Assembly (NCBI GenBank): GCA_003251635.1 | Contig: QKEW01000008.1 | Coordinates: 33,489-97,488 of the forward strand | Direction: 5' to 3' | DNA: 64,000 bases | From: a bacterium | GTDB taxonomy: Bacteria; Patescibacteriota; Minisyncoccia; Moranbacterales; GWC2-37-73 | Shown here: piece by piece, positions 58,905 through 64,000 of the stretch | Position numbering within the stretch: the stretch's first letter is position 1 | Layout: every line of letters starts with the position of its first letter | Translations under genes and position numbers: made by a program | Notes under the pieces: model-generated | Told to the model about the DNA's origin: nothing | The model's database searches: none | The model's input: only the letters and a program-made list of their open reading frames with translations

Positions 58905-60215
58905 ATGCCAAAGAAAAAAACTGACATTCTTGACAAATTGGCTGAAGAAGTTGATAAAATTGATGAAAACTCATCAGACATCCAGTCAACTCAAAAGCCG
59001 GTTAAAAAAACTAAAAAAACTGTTTCCGAAACAGAGGAAAAAATAGCTTCTTCCAGTCCAATGGAGGCTTTGCTGGAAAAAAATCCTTTGGAAATCCCTG
59101 AAATTGGGGATGTTTTGGAGGGAACAGTTGTTCACATCAATTCAAATTCAATTTTGGTTGATTTAGGATCACTTGGAACTGGAATTGTGATCGGAAAAGA
59201 AGTAAAAGGTGGCTTAGAGACAGAAAAATTAAAGATTGGGGATAAGGTTAGTGCTACTTTGATTGACTTGGAAAATGAGGACGGAATCATCGAACTTTCA
59301 GTCCGAGAGGCTTCCTATGAAAAGGCCTGGGATGACTTGGAAATGAAAGTTAGCGCCAAAGACATCATTTCAACCAAGGTTTTGGATGCCAATAAAGGTG
59401 GTTTAATGGTAGAAATCAACGGAATTACCGGATTTTTGCCAGTTTCTCAACTTTCCAGCGAACACTACCCTCGAGTGGAAGACGGTGACAAGAATAAGAT
59501 TTTGGAACTTTTGAAAAAAATTATCGGGGAAGAAATTCATGTTCGAATTTTGGATACCGATCGTGAAAGTGAAAAATTAATTGTCAGTGAAAGGGCTGCT
59601 TCCAGCGAAAAAGAGAAAGAAGTTATTTCCAAGCTGGATGTCAATGACATTGTTGAAGGTGAAATTAGCGGAGTGGTAGATTTCGGAGCTTTCATCAAAT
59701 TCATGCCCCCTTATATCAAAGATGGTCAAGAAAGCGACAAGTTGGAAGGTTTGGTTCATATTTCCGAATTGGCTTGGCAGTTGATCCAAAATCCACGTGA
59801 CGTGGTCAAGACTGGCGACAAAGTTCGAGCCAAAATTATCGGCATTGATGAAACTCGCATTTCTCTTTCTATGAAAGCCTTGGAAAAAGATCCTTGGAGC
59901 GAAATTGAAAAGAAATACAAGGTTGGCGACGTGGTTGAAGGAAAAGTTGACAAGATTAATCCTTTCGGAGCTTTCGTTTACCTGGACAAAGATATTCATG
60001 GACTAGCCCACGTTAGCGAATTTCAGGAAGCTTATCCGGGCAAAAAAATGGAAGAAGTTTTGCACGCCGGCGGTACCTTTCAATGGAAAATCCTTTCAAT
60101 TGAGCCAAAAACTCATCGTATGGGTTTGATTTTGACCAAAGAAACCCAAAAGGCAGAGAAAAAAGAAGCCAAAAAAGAAGAGACGGAAACTAAAGAAAAA
60201 AAAGCTAAAAAATAG
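58905..60215 (+). CDS. rpsA: 30S ribosomal protein S1 (about 4 S1 domains)
   Basis: ANKGGL..GFLPVSQL, DFGAF..EGLVHISEL, PFGAFV..GLAHVSE. Confidence 0.9.
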   Translation: MPKKKTDILDKLAEEVDKIDENSSDIQSTQKPVKKTKKTVSETEEKIASSSPMEALLEKNPLEIPEIGDVLEGTVVHINSNSILVDLGSLGTGIVIGKEVKGGLETEKLKIGDKVSATLIDLENEDGIIELSVREASYEKAWDDLEMKVSAKDIISTKVLDANKGGLMVEINGITGFLPVSQLSSEHYPRVEDGDKNKILELLKKIIGEEIHVRILDTDRESEKLIVSERAASSEKEKEVISKLDVNDIVEGEISGVVDFGAFIKFMPPYIKDGQESDKLEGLVHISELAWQLIQNPRDVVKTGDKVRAKIIGIDETRISLSMKALEKDPWSEIEKKYKVGDVVEGKVDKINPFGAFVYLDKDIHGLAHVSEFQEAYPGKKMEEVLHAGGTFQWKILSIEPKTHRMGLILTKETQKAEKKEAKKEETETKEKKAKK

Positions 60216-60250
60216 TTTATCAAAGCCAAATATTTATAAGATAGCTTCAC

Positions 60251-60273
60251 AAAAACCGACGCAAGTCGGTTTT
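60251..60273 (+). terminator. Intrinsic terminator
   Basis: AAAAACCGAC-GCAA-GTCGGTTTTT. Confidence 0.75.
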
Positions 60274-60413
60274 TGGTTTACCATAAATTATGCCCGTTTT
60301 CTAACGCTTGACAAAATCACTATTTTATGCTATGCTCTAAAGTCATAGAGTAATCAACATTTATTTTTTGACACAAACAGTTCCTAAAACCCCAGTTAAC
60401 GAAGGAGGATCGC

Positions 60414-60950
60414 ATGAATATCGAAATTCAAGGAACAAACAGTGAGGTAACAAGTGCCGCTATTCAAAAAGTTAGAGAAGAAATAGTGAGCCTGATAGGT
60501 TTACTTGAAAAACGTGGCGAGTTTAATGGCATTGACTCAAAAAATCCCATTGATCACCTTAAAAAAGGTGGTCTCCTCACTCTTTCTCAGTACGGAGAAC
60601 GAGTTAGCTTATCTGGTTTTAAATTTGCTAATGACGAAAAGAATGGGTTGATCAAATATGAAACCTGCGGTGGAAACAAGCACCACATCGAGCTTGATTC
60701 CAAAGGCTGGATCACAATAACTTTTGAGGGCAATCGCGGATCCTGTTGTGAAACTCCCGAGGGATTGTATGGCTTTCATGGCTTGTCTGAAACTTTAAAC
60801 CATCTTCTAAAGTCAGTCACCGACTGGACTCTCATGGGTTACAAAACGTCACAGCCAGATTGGGGAATCCAACATTGGTTGGCCGGGGAAGTAAAAACCG
60901 GCCCAAAAAACCTCAGCGAAGCCGAAAAGCTTGGCTTCATAGAGGCTTAG
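60414..60950 (+). CDS. Hypothetical protein
   Basis: TTGACA-N17-TATGCT promoter, AGGAGG RBS, terminator-like hairpin 60961-60997. Confidence 0.7.
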   Translation: MNIEIQGTNSEVTSAAIQKVREEIVSLIGLLEKRGEFNGIDSKNPIDHLKKGGLLTLSQYGERVSLSGFKFANDEKNGLIKYETCGGNKHHIELDSKGWITITFEGNRGSCCETPEGLYGFHGLSETLNHLLKSVTDWTLMGYKTSQPDWGIQHWLAGEVKTGPKNLSEAEKLGFIEA

Positions 60951-61063
60951 CTCAAAATTGCAGGCGGTTCGAATTTCGAACCGCCCTGTTTTTTTTATGA
61001 AAACCCTACCCCTTGCTTTTCTTGTGATTTATAATAGAATTAGGAATCAATAATAACAATAAA

Positions 61064-61672
61064 ATGAAAAACGTATTTATAATTTCCGGCCCATCAGGAG
61101 CTGGCGAAGATTCAATCATCGAGGGGCTTCGCGATTACTTTCCAATTGAAAGAATAATAACCACCACTACACGCGAAAAAAGAAGAGGTGAGACCGAAGG
61201 AAACCCTTATTATTTCATTTCGAAAGAAGAATTTGAAGAAAAAATTAAAAATAACTGTTTTATTGAATACGCCTACCAATACAATGGAAACATATATGGT
61301 GTCACCAAAGAAGAAACAGAAAGAGTTGCTCAGTCTCAAAAAATAGGCGCCTGGAAAATAGAATACAAAGGCGTAATTCAAGCCAAAAAAATATTTCCTG
61401 AAGTTGTTTCCATTTTAATTTCCGTTCCGGATTTAAAAATTTTAGAAAATCGAATTCGCCGAAGGGACGGCGTCAGTGAAGAATATCTAAAAGAGAGAAT
61501 GGAATATACTAAAGAATGGCTAAAGCACAAAGACATTTATGATTATGAAGTCATTAATCATGAAGGAAAGCTTGATCAAGCTATTCAAGAGGTGGCAAAA
61601 ATAATTGAAAAACACTCAAACCTTAATGCCCAATCTAACCAAAAAAATTCAAAACCTTGCCCACCAAAATAA
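61064..61672 (+). CDS. gmk: Guanylate kinase
   Basis: SGPSGAG, TTR..R.GE..G..Y.F, YG. Confidence 0.9.
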   Translation: MKNVFIISGPSGAGEDSIIEGLRDYFPIERIITTTTREKRRGETEGNPYYFISKEEFEEKIKNNCFIEYAYQYNGNIYGVTKEETERVAQSQKIGAWKIEYKGVIQAKKIFPEVVSILISVPDLKILENRIRRRDGVSEEYLKERMEYTKEWLKHKDIYDYEVINHEGKLDQAIQEVAKIIEKHSNLNAQSNQKNSKPCPPK

Positions 61673-62600
61673 TCTCTGGCAAAAGGGCGATAAAATCATA
61701 ATCGGAATTTCAGGCGGCGCCGACAGCGTTTGCCTTTTTCGAATTCTGCTTTCTTTAGCCCCCAAACATAATTTTTCTTTGCATCTGGCCCACGTCAACT
61801 ATGGCTTGCGCGGCAGTGACAGTCAGCAAGATGAAAAATTTGTCCGAAAATTGGCTCAAAAATATTCTATTCCGATTGACGTATTAGAAGTGGCCGATTT
61901 GAATCCAAAAAAAATTAACGAAAACGCTCTGCGTCAAATTCGTTATGATTTTTTTGAAAAAATCCGTCAAAAAACAGGTTTTGATTCGATTGCTGTCGCT
62001 CACAACCAAAATGATCAAGCCGAAACAGTCCTTTTGCATCTTTTGCGCGGGAGCGGTTTAGGTGGTTTGGCTGCCATGCAAGCCAAAAACCAAAAAATTA
62101 TTCGGCCTCTGCTCAATGTTTCTCGCGATGAAATTATCTCTCACCTAAAATCTCACAAACAAAAATTTCGCACCGATAAAACTAATTTCCAGCCAATTTT
62201 TCAACGCAACAAGATTCGTCTGCGACTTATTCCCTACCTAAAGAAGAACTTTAATCCCCAAATTGAGACTGCCTTGGTAAATCTGGCTGAAACTTCTGCT
62301 CAAAATTTTACTTTTATTCAAGAAGTTGCTCAAAAAGAGAACTTTATCCAAACACAAAAAAACCAAATTGTTTTTAGCTCAAAAAAATTCCGCCAAAAAC
62401 CCCGAGCTATCGCCAGGCAATGCCTGCGTCAAGCCATTGGTTCGATTGATAACATTTTTTTTGAACTTAATTTGAACCATTTCAAAGAAATTGAAAAAAT
62501 TATTCAAAGTTCAAAAAATAAAACCCAAAAAGGACGCTTTGGAGCCTTGAAAATCGAGAAAAAAGGTGATATAGTTATTTTGTCTCTTTCTAAAAAATAA
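61626..62600 (+). CDS. tilS: tRNA(Ile)-lysidine synthetase
   Basis: [34 protein letters not shown]. Confidence 0.95.
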   Translation: MPNLTKKIQNLAHQNNLWQKGDKIIIGISGGADSVCLFRILLSLAPKHNFSLHLAHVNYGLRGSDSQQDEKFVRKLAQKYSIPIDVLEVADLNPKKINENALRQIRYDFFEKIRQKTGFDSIAVAHNQNDQAETVLLHLLRGSGLGGLAAMQAKNQKIIRPLLNVSRDEIISHLKSHKQKFRTDKTNFQPIFQRNKIRLRLIPYLKKNFNPQIETALVNLAETSAQNFTFIQEVAQKENFIQTQKNQIVFSSKKFRQKPRAIARQCLRQAIGSIDNIFFELNLNHFKEIEKIIQSSKNKTQKGRFGALKIEKKGDIVILSLSKK

Positions 62601-62613
62601 ACAATCATTTTCT

Positions 62614-64000
62614 ATGCGAAAAAGAAATAATCTGGAAAAATTATTAAAAAATTTGTCTTTTTTAATTTTAGTTTTTCTTTTAATATCAGCTATAACCATT
62701 TTATATGGTTCTCCAGCCAAACAACCTGCCAACGTTTCACTTAGTGAATTGGCTTCCCAGATAAATGCCGGTTCCGTCAAAAGCGTTTCAGTTAACGAAA
62801 ATAATTTGGAAATAGAGCTTAACGATGGGACTAAAGAAAAATCAGTCAAAGAATCCCAAAGTTCTCTGACTGAAACTCTGAGCAATTACGGGGTTGATAA
62901 GGAAAAACTCAAGGAGGTTCAAATTGAAATCAAGCAGCCTTCAGCCTTTTCCTCTTTTATGTTAGCTGTTTTGCCTTTCTTACTGCCACTAGTTTTGATT
63001 GGGGCTTTTCTTTGGTTCATGATGAAACAAGCTCAGCGTGGAAATTCCCAAGCGCTTTCTTTTGGCATGAGTAAAGCCCGTTTGACTGACCCCAAAGATA
63101 AAAGAAAAAAAATTACCTTCAAAGATGTGGCCGGAGCCAAGGAAGCCAAGGAAGAGCTGGGTGAAATTGTTGAATTCCTGAAGCATTCTCGAAAATTTCT
63201 CAGCATTGGAGCCAAAATTCCTAAAGGCGTTTTGCTTTTAGGAAATCCAGGCACTGGAAAAACTCTAATGGCTAAAGCAGTAGCCGGTGAAGCTGGAGTT
63301 CCGTTTTTTAACATCAGCGGTAGTGAATTTGTAGAAATGTTCGTCGGAGTTGGTGCCAGTCGCGTTCGAGATCTCTTCAAGCAAGCCAAGAAAAATGCAC
63401 CTTCAATTGTTTTTATTGACGAAATTGATGCGGTTGGTCGTCACCGAGGTGCTGGTTTAGGCGGCGGACATGATGAGCGCGAGCAAACCCTCAATCAAAT
63501 CTTGGTTGAAATGGATGGATTTGAAACTGGAACCAATGTGATTGTCATGGCTGCCACCAATCGTCCTGATGTTTTGGATCCAGCTTTGCTTCGACCGGGT
63601 CGTTTTGATCGTCGAGTAGTGATGGATTTGCCAGACATTGAAGAACGTGAAGCCATTTTGCAAATCCACATCAAAGGTAAACCGCAAGAAGATGACATAA
63701 ATCTACGTCGAATCGCCGAAAGAACTCCCGGTTTTTCAGGAGCTGATTTGGCTAATCTTGTTAACGAAGCTGCCATCTTAGCTGTTCGCCAAAACAAGCA
63801 AAAAATTTCCATGGAAAACCTTATTGATTCCATTGAAAAAGTTATCCTGGGACCAGAAAGAAGAAGCCGTGTTATCAGCGAAAAAGAGAAAAAGATTGTA
63901 GCCTATCATGAAGCTGGACATGCTTTGGTAGCTGCTAGTCTAAAAAATGCTGATCCAGTTCACAAAGTTTCCATTATCTCACGAGGTCAAGCCGGGGGAT
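62614..64000 (+). CDS. ftsH: ATP-dependent metalloprotease FtsH (partial)
   Basis: Hand translation: [47 protein letters not shown]. Confidence 0.95.
   Translation, partial: MRKRNNLEKLLKNLSFLILVFLLISAITILYGSPAKQPANVSLSELASQINAGSVKSVSVNENNLEIELNDGTKEKSVKESQSSLTETLSNYGVDKEKLKEVQIEIKQPSAFSSFMLAVLPFLLPLVLIGAFLWFMMKQAQRGNSQALSFGMSKARLTDPKDKRKKITFKDVAGAKEAKEELGEIVEFLKHSRKFLSIGAKIPKGVLLLGNPGTGKTLMAKAVAGEAGVPFFNISGSEFVEMFVGVGASRVRDLFKQAKKNAPSIVFIDEIDAVGRHRGAGLGGGHDEREQTLNQILVEMDGFETGTNVIVMAATNRPDVLDPALLRPGRFDRRVVMDLPDIEEREAILQIHIKGKPQEDDINLRRIAERTPGFSGADLANLVNEAAILAVRQNKQKISMENLIDSIEKVILGPERRSRVISEKEKKIVAYHEAGHALVAASLKNADPVHKVSIISRGQAGG

Noticed and set aside
1-64000. CRISPR array, prophage or DGR reverse transcriptase
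   Set aside because: No regularly spaced repeats, cas genes, phage structural genes or RT motifs seen

Overview
AT-rich chromosomal window, most likely from a Patescibacteria/CPR (Parcubacteria-like) genome. This is inferred from the VirB4/PrgI/pilin cluster next to comM, the TrmB expansion and short palindromic repeats; TGA acts as a stop. Housekeeping genes include xer, pcrA, rsmA, infB, rbfA, nrnA, nfo, udg, rplS, gyrA, rpsA, gmk, tilS and ftsH, plus about nine tRNAs. An accessory region at about 32-48.6 kb holds repeated TrmB-regulator/cargo modules. The most striking item is a 4.7-kb large-serine-recombinase element at the 3' end of tRNA-Gly. It carries an internal inverted copy of its predicted attP (150-bp and 91-bp arms joined at a GAGC core), and its integrase leader can base-pair with the integrase gene in nested order, suggesting a self-folding ssDNA form. 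Also present: two adjacent tRNAs with group I introns (one with an antisense HNH endonuclease in L1), a tRNA(CAT)-like RNA with an extended anticodon stem abutting a degenerate isoprenoid synthase, and 20-40 nt hairpin insertions with filled and empty sites.
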